From Leucoraja ocellata (lineage: Eukaryota), in NCBI GenBank assembly GCA_036785375.1, contig JAWMAR010000423.1:372001-436000 (forward strand): a stretch of DNA of 64,000 bases, read 5' to 3'. The position numbers were made by a program, and so were the translations under genes. Below the pieces are notes generated by a model. It worked only from the letters and a program-made list of their open reading frames with translations. It was not told where the DNA came from and did not search any database. Positions 1 through 12,700 of this stretch are shown here, one piece after another (positions within the stretch are counted from its first letter, which is position 1; the number at the start of each line of letters is the position of its first letter).

Positions 1-210
1 GGGCAAAATGCAAAATGCTGGAGGAGCTCAGCGGGTCAGGCAGCATCTGTGTAAGGAATGGGATCAGACTTCTTCAGTCTGGAGGACCTCAGAGAAACAC
101 CATATTGCACTCTACATGCCTCCGTCCTTCAGTCTGAAGAACATCATCATTCCATTCCTCACCACAGATGCTGCCTGACCTGCTGAGTTCCTCCAGCAGT
201 TTGCTTTTTG
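1..210. repeat. Inverted pair of the short Penelope-associated repeat unit (fold-back)
   Basis: gcaaaatgctggaggagctcagcgggtcaggcagcatctgtg (10-52) is reverse-complementary to cacagatgctgcctgacctgctgagttcctccagcagtttgc (163-203). Confidence 0.75.
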
Positions 211-429
211 CTTAAGTGGAGGTCCCTTTAGCATGGGATCATACACCCTGGCTCTGGCTGTCCCTGCCAGAGGAAGCATCAACACCTCCCCTGTCACCCC
301 ACCGCGCTCCTGAAGCCACAGCCAAAGACACCACAGATGTTGGAAATATGAAATCAAAACAGGAGAAAAAAATCTGAGATACTCAGCAGACCAAGCGGAA
401 TCTGTGGAGGGAGAAACAGAGTTGGCATT

Positions 430-1320
430 TCAAATTAGAACTAGAAGTGAGAAATTAAATTTGTTTTAAGTTGCAGAGAAGATGAATTGGGGAGGGGGGG
501 GGGGGATGGGGGTTTCAGGCAGAACAGATACCAATGTCCATGACACAGTGAAGAGGCAGAGAAGCAGAATGACATAAATGGGGGGTGGTGCAGCTGAGAG
601 AGGGAGGGAAGGTCTGTCTGAGGAGGAGACAGTGGATGAAATCTGAAATACCCGTAAAGGAGAGAGAGACCGATGGAAATGTGAAGAGCCAGGGTAGAAT
701 GGGAGTTCATCTGAAGTGGTTGATGTTAAGCCCTGAAGGTTATAATGTGCCACGTGGGAGAGAGTTCAGTGGGGGAGTGGACTAGTGAGTTAACGTGTCG
801 GGTAACATCCTCCTCATGACTAAAGAGCCAGCACCCAATCTGGCCGTGAATACTTAACGTAGCACATAGATTGCATGAGGTGGAAGTGAATCGTTGCTTC
901 ACATGGAAGGATGTCATGGGTCCCTGGGTGGTGGTGGGAAGTGAAGAGGTGAAAGGACAAGCATTATTTCTCTGCAGTTGCAAGAGAAAGTGTGGGAAGG
1001 GGGGGTGAGGGAGCGGTTTTGTGGAGAAGGAAATTGTGAAGGAAACAGTGCCTACAGAAATGTGATGGGGAAAAGGAAGATGTGACTGGTGGTCACATGA
1101 TAACTGGTGCCATGGAAGGAGAGGATAATGGGAACGCTCCACGTGTTCTGCGTAACTGGAGAGGGATTTGCGAGCAGCAGTGCAGGAAATGCTACAGGGA
1201 GTTGGTCAGCCATGGGGCAGAGGGAGCCATTGATGAGCCGAAAATACACCTCTCAGTAGCAGTGGCGTGGAAAGAGATGTCAGAGTAGATGGGGCAGAGA
1301 CAGAGAGATCAGGAGACTGG
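430..1320 (-). mobile_element. Degenerate Penelope-like retroelement fragment
   Basis: Minus-strand translation QGPMTSFHVKQRFTSTSCNL resembles the segment preceding the GIY-YIG endonuclease and matches the fragment at 31636-31780. Boundaries approximate. Confidence 0.6.
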
Positions 1321-1387
1321 AATGCAACTTAAGACCTTCATTGCTAACTTCCAGTCCTGATGAAAGGTTGTTAACCTGAAACATTAA

Positions 1388-1769
1388 AGGGCCTGTCCCA
1401 CTTACACGACCTTTACAGGCAACTGCTGGCACCTGTCATAGGTCACCGACATTTTCAACATGTTGAAAATTCAGTGGCAACCAGAAAGACGCTACGACTC
1501 TTTGGAGACCTCTCATGATCATTGGAGACCTCTCACGACCATACATGCAACCCCTGGCGACATGTCGCAGGTGACCTCTCACGACCTTAGGAGACCTCTC
1601 TCGACCATACCTGTATGGTCATGAGAGGTCTCCTATGGTCGTGAGAGGTCTCCAAAGAGTCGTAGCATCATTTTGGTTGCCACTGAATTTTCAACATGTT
1701 GAAAATTACAGCGACCTATGACGGGTGCCGGCAGTCGCCTGTAAAGGTCGCGTAAGTGGGACAGGCCCT
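1388..1769. mobile_element. PIF/Harbinger-type MITE, near-palindromic
   Basis: Ends AGGGCCTGTCCCACTTAC...GTAAGTGGGACAGGCCCT; TAA target-site duplication at 1385-1387 and 1770-1772; arms complementary over more than 130 bp. Confidence 0.9.
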
Positions 1770-2454
1770 TAACGGCCTCTTGCTTCACAGATGTTGCCTG
1801 AGGTGCTGAGTATTGTGCCAATATTTTCTTTTTCTGGGATCTTCTGTCTCAGTAAGATCACCTCTTGCTCTTCTAAACTCCAAAGCATGAGGGAAGAGCC
1901 TACTTAATCTTTATTTGTAACATACTTGGGATCAACAAAGTGCACCGTACGTTGTCTCCAAGGCAAACACTTCCTTTCATGAGTAAGAAGACAAAGACAG
2001 GTGTCCAGTGACAAGGAAGCTGATGGGGAGCCGGTAATACATATTTGGGGATTTGAGGACCAGGATAAATGTTGGGACTTGATCGTGGGAGAATGACGGG
2101 ACACAGTGACAAGGGAACAATGACAACAGGTGAGGACTGGTAGAGTGGAATGATGGTCATTGTTATCACAGAGGCTACGGAAACCAGGAGGACGATGTGC
2201 TCCCTGTGAGAATGAGGATCTAACCATGAGGTGAAAGGAATGGATGCAGTCACAGAGGGGTTGATATGCGTCCATAAAACGTGTGTTGGTGTCTCTTCAG
2301 CTTCAAGAAGAAGAATAAGAATCCACTGAGAAGTGGAGCAAAGGGTATCTTTATTGGTCAGGTTCCAGGAATGTTTAATTGTCAGGATCCAGGTATGTTG
2401 GGGATCCAGTAAAGCGGATTGATGGGGCTCCACTAAGAAGAGGAGCAAAGTGCA

Positions 2455-2900
2455 TCAAACAGTGAGAGCAGCACCAGACATGGAACCAAAGAGCTGTAGA
2501 GTGAGGAGAGAACAGGTAGCAGGGGATAGAGAGAGAATGAGCTGGATCAGGTAGAGGGAGAACAGGAGTAGAATGGGGTTAAGGAGAACAAACTTGGAGA
2601 GGAGAGAGGAAGAGTGAATGGGGAGCAGGAGTAGCAAGAGCGGGAAATTGTGTTCAGAGGGATCGGGGCTTGAGGAGGGAGTGAGCAATCGAGAAATATG
2701 AAAGGGGAAGCAAATGAAACAGAAGGAGGCTGGGAACAGGGAGTCGAGAAAGTAGGGGGAGGGAACAGGGAACAATGGGAAGGAACGGAGCGCGAGAGCA
2801 AACGGGGAATTGGGAGCAATGAGAGTGAATAAGCTGGGAAATGGGAGCGGGGAAGCAAACAGGAAACAAGGTGGACAGTGGACAGGAGAGTGGACAATGA
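2455..2900 (+). repeat. GA-rich polypurine low-complexity tract
   Basis: Strongly purine-biased, with degenerate gggaac/ggagag units. Confidence 0.8.
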
Positions 2901-3729
2901 AGGCCAAGTCATGAAATATACTCTAGTAATATATTTTATAATGCCAGTAAGATCACTGGATATGGGGAGAAGGGATGAAGGCAAGAACAGGGCTACAAGT
3001 GGATGATCAGCCGTGAATATTGTCGATTCTGAGTCGTACAGTACAGAAGCAGGCTCTTTGGCCCAACTTGTCCATGCCGACCAGATTTATAATTGTGCGA
3101 GTCCCATTTCACTGCCTTTGGCCCATATCCCACCCAACGTTCCAGACATGTAGTTGTCCAAATGTCTTAAATGTCACCATTATAGCTGCCTCTACAGCTT
3201 CCTCTTGGCAGCTCATTCCATGAATACACCACCTTCTACTCAAAGAAATTGAGCTTCAGATCTCTTTTTTCCCCTTCACCTTAATCCAATGATGTTCATT
3301 TTCCCCAGAGATGCTGCCTGACCCACTGAGTTACTCCAGCATTTTTTTGTCTATCTTTGGTGTAAACCAGCATCTGCAGTTCTTTTTTGTTACCTTTAGT
3401 TCTAGACTGTCTCTACCCTGGGAAAAAGACTATGACCATTCACCCTATCTATGCCCTTCATGATTTTATAAATCTCTGCAAGGTCACTCCACAGCCTCCT
3501 ACGCTCCTTGGAAAAAAGTCAAGCCTGTCCAGTCCCACCTTATAACTCAGGCCTCCAGTCCTGTTAACATCCTGCAAAATCTGTTTTGCGTCCTTTCCAG
3601 CTTAACAATATCCTTCTTAGATAAGGACGACTGCACACAATACCCCAAATGTGGTCTCACCAATACCTTGAAGAGCAGGTTTGAAGTAATGATGGACTAC
3701 TGCCGCTGCTTCAGAGAGTGTGAGGGTGA

Positions 3730-4570
3730 GCAGGAAGCAGTAGGTGAGAGAAAACGGAGAAGAGATCAAACATCGAACATGGAAAGGGAAAATAAGCAGG
3801 GAACATAGAGGAGGAGGGGAGAGAGAAGGACAGTGAGGAGCGGGTGAATGATCGGGGGGGGGGGGGGGTGAGCAGGGGAGAGAGAGAAGGGGAAAAGAAT
3901 GAAACTAGAGAGTGGAGAGAAGGGTGTGGGAAAGGGATCAAGGAAAACAGGATGGGACAGCAAGAGGGAACAGTGAACAAAGAGTAAAAGAAAATGGGAG
4001 CAGGAAACGCAACCGGAACGGAGGAGGAGAAGAAATTGAGAGCAAGCGAGAGAGCAGGAAATGGCATGGGACGGAGGGAGCAGGGGATGGGGGGGGGAGT
4101 GAAGGACGGAGAGGGAACAAGATCGGGAGCGAGGACAGGGAGCGAACCGGGGGAGGGAGCAGCGGAGGAACAGAGACCAGGGAACGTGGACCTGCAGACG
4201 GAACGAACGGGACGGAGGGAGCACGAGATGGAGGGTGCAGGTAGGGGGAGGGAATGGGACGGAATGAGCTGGGGACTGAGAGGGTGAATGAGACGGAGGG
4301 AGCAGGGGGAGGGAACGGGACGGAGAGTGCAGTGGACCGGGAGGGAGTGGAGAACGGGGAGGGAACGGATAGGGAGCAAGTAGGGGACGGGGGGCAGGAG
4401 GCGAGGACAGACGGAGCAGGGATCAGAAATATAAAATAAGTGAGCAAGCAGGAAATGGAGAGGAGGTACTGAGCAATGAGCGGGAGTGGGAGAGGGAGGA
4501 GGCCGAGCAGAGAAGGAACGAGCCAGAAAGATTTCGGAGCAAGGCCAAGATGGGAGTGAGCAATGGAAAA
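3730..4570 (+). repeat. GA-rich polypurine degenerate minisatellite
   Basis: Recurring gggaacgg/acggagggagc units; source of spurious Pro/Ser and Gly/Glu ORFs. Confidence 0.85.
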
Positions 4571-6587
4571 GCGAACGTTCATTGGTAGATTACTTATCCT
4601 TTGGCAAGGGTTTCGTCCTAGAGCAGTGGATTTCTTTGGCTCCGGCATTTTCTTCCTCTATCATTTTTACTGGGTATTTTAGCAGGAGAGCTCTCTGTAC
4701 AATGACATTACATTCATCTTACTTGTGAGCTTCTACAGTGCATGAACTCAAGGTGGTCTCAGCGCTCAATGAAACAATCATAATTCAGCCTTGCTTGACT
4801 CGTGAGTGGGGACATACTTTGAAAGGCGAGCGATGCAAGCATGCACGGTGTGGGAAACCTCCGGGTAATATCAGAGTGAAACAGAGAAGAGATAAAATAG
4901 AGACTTTCATTGATATATCACGTGGCAGGCAGCTCAGAACATCCCAGTGCTATTTACACCCAGCAAAGTCTAGTCCATTTCTCTCAGGGTTGCAGCCTAC
5001 TTGATTTCACTCACTTGATTCATTTCTGAGGAGTGGAGGATGCCAATGCGCGAATTAATTTTTAACGTCAGCAGCTCGTTGCACAATTAATCACCATGTT
5101 GTCTTGACAGAGAGAGGTCTGGATCCTGTGGCAAGACGACAGGAATTTAAGCTATAGAACAGAAGCGCTGGACTAACTCAGCGGGTCAGGCAACATCTCT
5201 GGAGGACGTGGACAGCTGGCTGTGCTGTGTGCCCAGAACACTTGAACACAGAGGCACACTCTAAGCGCAGATAGACACACTCCGACTGCGCAAACCCATA
5301 TGAGAGCACAGAAGCGATCTTAATCACTACCCATTTCCAAAGTAATGTAATGCTTACAGGCCTTGCCTGTTCACTCCAAGTCTCTAAAGGTAAAACCACC
5401 GGTGGGAACACGCAGTGGACCAAGCAGCCTCTGTGGAGAGAAAAGGAGGAGTTATCTTTCCATCAGCTGCAGTTGTTTTTATTTTCACGCTCCCACTAAT
5501 AACCTTTTCCTAATTGCTTGATATCTAGTTCAGAAACCTGGATTGAGGGAAGCTTTATCAAGGATACTGGGCAGATTTATTTGCTCTTTAAAATTGTGCC
5601 CTGAAAACTGTCTGTGGATGTTCTCATCTCCGACCAAATAGCACGGCCCTGTCCTACACTGAAATGTCAATCTGATTTGTGGGATCTTCATCAACTGGGC
5701 TAATGGGCTGAGGAATGACCGATGGAGTTTAATTCAGATAAATATGAGGTGTTGCATTTTCGAAAGACAAAGCAGGGCAGGACTCGCACAGTAAATGGTG
5801 GTGCCCTGGGGAGTGTTGTAGAACGTAGAGACCAATGAGTACATGGTCCCACGAAAGTGGTGAAACAGGCGGGTAGCCCTGACTCAAGAATGTTAAGCAC
5901 AGTTTGCAGAGTGTCTCCATTCTGTTTACTCTAACTGTTAGTAGCTGCTTCAGGTACTCTGTGAGGACAGCAGTCCTGGACACGCCCACCGTTTATATTG
6001 GCGATGGCAGGGTAGGTCGTCAACCTCACAGCCCCAGGATCCAAACACACTGCGTTGCATTTACCCCTGTGGTGACCACCGGGACAACACGGGGCCGGGC
6101 GAGTGAGGGGCAAGGTGTGGGCGATGGGGCTGAGACAGATGCAAGGTCGTGCATGGGGCAGAGGTGGCCAGCAGGAGTGTGGAACCAAAATCCACACGGC
6201 ACCAGTGGCCAAGGTGGGTAAATGGGTGTCTACTCGTGTGATGTCAGTACAGAGTGTTTAATTGTCATATGCACGAGGCCCAGAACAATGAGCTCCTTAC
6301 TTGCTGCAGCTTTACAGGTACACGATAAACAGTAAATTATCAGGCAAACCAGAGCGTGATAGTGCAAAACCAGAGTGCGTAGTGTTGATTCCCTGGTCAG
6401 TGTTGTGTGTTCCCTTGGGCTGGGCTGCCACAGTATTATGTTCCCTTCCCTGCCCCAGATCAGTCTTGAGCTGCTTCAGTTAGTTCCTCTGTTGTCCCAT
6501 TGCCTCTTGCGTCATTCGACTGTGCTCCCCGCTTCACCAATACTTCACCCACCCTCGCTGACAATCTTCTTTTCTCTCCCGTGACAG

Positions 6588-6756
6588 AGCCCTGGCAGGC
6601 AAAACGTCTGCGCGGCACTCCAGAGAGGATCGAGCTGGAGAACATCCGAGTGTCCCTGGAGCGGGAGGAAGATCTGCAGGAGGTGCCGGAGGAGACACTC
6701 GCTGAGCACAATCTGAGCAGCGCTTTGCACCAAACCAGCCAAGAGCCCGGCAGCAG
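6588..6756 (+). CDS. MICAL3: MICAL3 exon just after the LIM region: [45 protein letters not shown]...
   Basis: Acceptor cttcttttctctcccgtgacag, donor AG|gtcagt; phase 1 to 2; strong MICAL3 motif match. Confidence 0.95.
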
Positions 6757-9700
6757 GTCAGTGTCGGACAGGACGGCAGTCCTGGCAACCCCTGAGAAAC
6801 AGACCCCTCGGTGTCGCATCCTTGCATGGGCCAAATAAATCTCCCACCTTTCATCTATTCCAGACCCCCAATGTCTGGACCTACCTCGTCACCCTAGTGT
6901 TTGTCTACCTCCGTCTCGCAGTGTTGTACGTGTCTGATTACATTTGCTTTCTGGATGGTTGTGTCTAGTTTCTTTCCTGTGGTGTCTCGTATGCAACAGA
7001 AAATGCTGGCAATCCTCAGCGGGCTGGCCACCTCTGTGGGAAGAGAAACATAGTCAACGTTTCAGATCAAACACTTTCGTTAGAACTTGAAAAGTCCACA
7101 CCTGAAATAAAATCTCTGTTTCTCTCTCCTTAGACACTGCCCCGACCTGCTGAGTGGGTCTGTTATTGTCTCCTCGTGCATGACCCTGCTTGGAGCCATA
7201 TAGCACTGAAACGGGCCCTACTCTTCTGCCCAACTCATCCATGTCTAAGATGCCCATCTAAGCTAGTCTCACTTGCCTATGGTTGTCTCCTATCCATCTA
7301 AATCTTTCATAGAGTCGTAAAGTCGGACAGAATGGAAACAGGCCCATCGGCCCAGCTTGCCCACACCAACCAACATGTTGCATCTACACTAGTCCCACCT
7401 GCCTGCGTTTGGCCCATATCCCATTAAGCCCATCCTATTCCATGTAACTGTGTAAATGTTTCTTAAACGTTGTGATAGTACCTGCCTCAACTATCGGCTC
7501 TTGCAGCTCGTTCCATATACCCACTACCCTTTGTATAAAAAAAGGTTACCCCTCAGGTTCCTAGTAAATCTTTCCCTCCTCACCTTAAACTTATGTCCTC
7601 TGGTTCTCGATTCTCCTACTCTGGGCAAGAGACTCTGTGCGTTTACCTGATCTATTCCTCTCGCAATTTAGTTTCTACCCATTTACCTGTCGAAATGGTT
7701 TTGCACTTTGTAATTGTACCCGCATCAACCACATCCCTGGCAACTTGATCCACGTATCTATCACCTCATATGTGAAAACCTTGCTCCTCAGGTCCCCTTT
7801 AAATCTTTCACTTCTCATCTTAAATCTATGCCGTCTAGTTTTAAACTTCCCCATGTATGCTCCTTGTGATTTTATAAACCAGTATAAGATTTATTTGGCA
7901 GGAATATCAGGCGGGGGATGAGGATCAGATTTCTCATCCAGTGTGGGTGTGGGGGATAGGAACTCCACAACTGAAAGGATGAGACAGACCAAAACCCTCA
8001 TCACATTTAAACAGAGGGAAGTTAATCGGGCTATGGGGGAATAAAAAAAATTGAGATTAATGCAAGCCGGTGCAGACTCGATGGACTTATTTCTGTACAG
8101 TGTCTCTCTATGACTCTAAAAAAGGCAGAAAATGCTGGAAACACACAGAAGGCCAGGCAGCATCTGTGGAGAAGAACAGAGAGTAAATATTTCAAGCCAA
8201 ATTCCTTTGCCAGAACCTTTTGGATGTGAGCGTGGAGAGCTGCAATCGACATACAGTGCGGGGAGGTGGGATCAGGGTGAGGAACTCATTATTGATCGCC
8301 TTGCAAAGGATGGGCTTCATTTTGTGCTGCGTATTTTCTACACAACTGTGATTTCAGCTGCTGGTCTTGTCCTGCCTGTCTCACTCTGTCTCGTCCTGTG
8401 TATCGTGCCGGGCAGTGCTTAATTTCCGTGCAGTCTCTGCCTCTGTTGCAATCTCTGTATGTCCGCTAATTTATCCACCCTACTATCACTGTCGGAGCCA
8501 GGGCACTGCTTACCAAGTGACATATCTGCATTCAGTTGCAGCAGCTCTGAGTACGAAATGGAGGAGGACGAGGAGGAGGAGGAGGAGGAGGAGGAAGAAG
8601 ATGAGGAGGACAAGAGGGATGAGGAAGATATGTTGTCTCCCTCAGTGGACGGAGTACCATGGAGAAAAGCAGCGGAGGCCCAGCAGTTGCTGAAGAAAAA
8701 TTCAGAGGAAGACAGCGAGGCAGAGAGCGAGGATGAGGGACATTCGCAATCGAGTTACGGTGAGTGACACTGTCCGACATGCAGGTGCTTCCTTCTGAGG
8801 TGATTATCATTAGCCGAGGAAACTTTTGAACTAATTGTCTAAACCCTAGATCATTGCAGGGCGCTGCTCCCAGTCAAAGGCCAGTTGTCATTGGTCCTTT
8901 GGAGTCTACAAAGCCCTCGTGACTACTGAGCAAGTGGGGAGGCGAGTGGAGCTTGGCCTCCTGGAAGGGTGTCTAACGTAGAGCTGATCTCCAGAGGGCT
9001 CGCTGGAGAGAGGAAGCAGTGCATGGGGATGGATCTATTGGGAAGTCGACTATACGGGAAGGACCGAGTTCAGTGGGAGAGTTAAAATATTGTAGGTGCG
9101 GAGTTCAGGACAAGAGTTAGTGTACTGGAGGCATTGAGCTCCAAGGGAGAGTTAATACACCAGGGATACATAGGAGTTGGAGATGTTAATACACGGGATA
9201 TATGGGGGGTCACAGGGAATAATGAACTAGGGATTTATAGGGAATGGGGGTCAATACACTGGAAACTAGTTATAACTAGTTATGTACGTGCAGCGGAAGT
9301 TAACAAACTGGAGATGTTTAATAAGGGCAGGGGGAGTTATTGCACCAGAAAGATCAGCTTAATTGATGTAGCAGAACCCAAATGATGTGAGTTGGGTTCA
9401 ATGGGAGTTAATGTAATGGATCATTGACCCCCTCGTGCCTGTTCTGCCGTTCACTGAGATCTTGACCCGAGTGCCACTCTCCTGCACCAACCCCATTTCC
9501 CTCGATTGTCTGAACATCTAAATGTCTCTGTTTGAGCCCACGCAGTTACAGAGCCTCCACAACCTTCCTGTGTAGAAAATTCCAAACATTCCCACTTCCC
9601 TGGGTGAAGCATCATGTGTGCCTTGTCTATCGATTCCCATGTGCTGTGTTCAATGCAGTTTATTGTCACGTGTACCGAGGTACAGTGAAAAGCTTTTTGT

Positions 9701-12700
9701 AACGTGCTAACCAGTCTGCAGAAAGACTATACATAATTACAATCGATCCATTTACAGTGTATATGATAAGGGAATAACGTTTAGTGCAAGGTAAAGCCAG
9801 CAAAGTCCGATCAAGGATCATCAAAGAGGTAGATAGTAGTTCAGCACTTTTCTCTGGTTGTGTTAGGATGATTCAGTTGCCTGCTCCAAAATCTCTCAAT
9901 TCTTTCTCACGTGTCGTTCCAGCCCTGAAAGGCTGATCCTTTATTTTAATATTTTAACCCGGCCTCTTGACACCACACCCAGAAGAAAGAGCATCAACTC
10001 TGACAAACCCCACAAGAATTTTGTGTCATCAATGAGATCATCTCACTAAACTCGAGACAACAGGCCCGGTCCACAGTCTGCTTTGGCCTTTATTGTGAGA
10101 CAGTGTGAGCAGGGGTAAACTCCCTTACTGCAAATTATACATGGCTCTGGTGAGAACATACCTGGAGTATTGGGTCATTTTAGTCTCTTTACTGCAAGAA
10201 CATAAAACAGTACAGCACAGGAACAAGTCCTATAGCCCACCTTGTTGATGCCAATCACGATGCCAAATTAAACTAATCCCATCTGCCTGCACTCGATCTA
10301 CATCCCTCTATTCCCTTCCTGTTCATAGGCTTCTTAAATGTCACTATGGTATCTTGATTAAACCACCATCACTGGCCATGCATTCCAGGCACCTTTGTTT
10401 AAAAAAACACATTCTCCACACATCTTAAAGTTATGCCCTCTAGTTTTTGACATTTCCACCCTGAGAAAAATATTTTGGTGAATACCAATCCAAAATACTC
10501 AGTTAGTTCTTCGCCCACCTCCTCTAAAGATCTTCTTACACCTGAAAAGTCAACAGATTGGTTCTTGTGATGGGGATTGGTTGTAGGAGGAAAGATTGGG
10601 TGCTCCCGTCTCCCCCAAAGACGAGTGGGTTTAATTGTAAATTAATTGGCCTCTGTAATATTACCCCTGGTTTGTAGGGGGTGGATGAGAGAGTAGGATC
10701 AAGTAGAACTAGTGCGGACGGGTGATGGGTGGTCAGCGTGGACTTGATGGGCCAAAAGGCCTGTTTCAATACTGTATCTTTCAATAATTCAATCAGTGTG
10801 GAATTCTTTGCCCTGGGGAGGTGTGGCGGCTAGCGGAGCTCATTTAAAGCCGATTGATACATTTCTGGAATTGAGGAGATATGAGGATGGAACCAGGAAA
10901 TAGAGGTAGAAGATCCTGATGAATGATAGAGCAGGCTGGGATGAATAGATTGCTTTTTTTTCTTTTCGTATTAACTCCCTCAGAGGACAAAACCACATGC
11001 CATGAACCAATATGATGAATCTTATACTCACTTTCCTGAGGTAGGGAGACAATACCTTCACTCGGTGCCTGCCTCTTTGCTCTCCAGTGAAGATAAGGCC
11101 TTGTGCTGGAGAGTTAATGCATGGGACGGAGATGAGAAAGTGGAAGTGGCAGTGGTTTGTTGGGCAGAGATCAGTGGGAGAGGCAGTGACTGGACAAGTA
11201 ACCCAGAGCCCTGGACTAACATTCCCACCAGAGGAACTGAGGAATTTAAATTCAGTTAGTATTCAGAATTAGAAATGACAACCACTCATCTGGTTTACCA
11301 ATGTTCTTCTGGGCAAAGAATCCAGCTTCTAACCTGTCTAAATACAACAAAAACTCTGCAGCTAGGCAAAATCCCAGCTGCAGTTCTGAAGATCTGCGTT
11401 CCAGAACTAGCGATGCCTCTGGCCAAGCGGTTCCACTACAGAGTGGAAAATTGCCCACGTGCGTCTGGCAGATTGTGAATTCTATAGCCTCACGCACACT
11501 CTTCCCTGCAATCATTGAGAATGGGGATATTCCCAGAGCTTCCTCGGCCTGTCAGCTGCTGAATTGTTCACCATTATCCGAGCTGTGTCGCTGGGTGTGA
11601 GATTGCTTTAGTTTATTTTAGTTTAGTTTAGAGATACAGCGAGGAAATAGGCCCTTCAGCCCACCGAGTCCGTGCCAAACTCCAGCAATTGCGTGCAGTT
11701 TTTGCTGTGCAACACAGACGATCCTGCCCTACAGTTTCCTCAGGCTGGCATCATCTGCAGCCTCTCGTGGTACTACGCCCTCCTTTATGCCTCATGAACC
11801 AGGAAACATAGAAAATAGGTGCAGGAGTAGGCCATTCGGCCCTTCGAGCCAGCATCGTCATTCAATATGATCATGGCTGATCATGTTACCCAGATCCTAA
11901 TGGTACAGTCATATTTCCTTTCATATTTCCATAAAATAGAAGTGGGCCATTCAGCCTATCAAGTCAGTGCCAGCTCTTGGCACATTCCTAATCCCTCACT
12001 GTTCTAATCCCACATTCCCACAAAATTCCCCAGATTCTATCCTTCACAAGGGTCAATGCTCAGCATCCAATTACTTGCCAACTTGCACGAGTTTGGGACA
12101 TGGGAGCACCCGGAGGAGACCCATCCAATCACAGGGAGAACATGCAAACTCCACACAGATAGCACCAGAAGTTGGGGATTGAAATGGGGTTGCTGGAGCT
12201 GTGAGGCAGTAGCTGTGCCACCGTGCTACCCAATGAGCTGCAGATTGTGGGAGCGTATGCTGCAGTAATCTGAGTCTTGGTGAAACCGCACCTGATCTCC
12301 TTACCGAAGAAACAATGTACATGCCAAAGAGGGAATGCAGTGTTTAGTTTAGTTTAGAGATGCAGCTCGGACAAAGGCCCGACCAGTGATCCCCGCACAC
12401 TTACATTATCCTACACAATAGGGGACAATTTACAATTATACCAAGCCAATTAACCTACAAACCTGTACGCCTTTGGAATGTGGGTTAAAGCGGAGATCCT
12501 GGTGAAAACCCACGCAGGTCATGGGGAGAACGTACAAACTCCATACAGACAGCACCCGTGGTCAAGATCGAACCCGGGTCTCTGGCGCTGTAAGCGAGTA
12601 GCTTTACCGCGGCACCATCGTGCCATCCGGTGAAGTGAAGATTCATCAGATTACCTCCAAGGATGGTGGGACTGCCAGGTGGAGTGAGTCTGCATTCTCT

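Noticed and set aside
1451-1470. p53 response element in the MITE palindrome
   Set aside because: CAACATGTTG misses RRRCWWGYYY at both outer positions and is a lone half-site.
3711-4648. Long ORFs of 150-236 aa on both strands (also 2455-2984)
   Set aside because: They arise from stop-poor polypurine/polypyrimidine repeats; the translations are low-complexity with no domain or splice support.
5946-6221. Possible extra MICAL3 exon (GDGAETDAR resembles a post-LIM segment)
   Set aside because: The similarity is only a few residues, no LIM motif adjoins it, and I found no convincing phase-compatible acceptor/donor pair.
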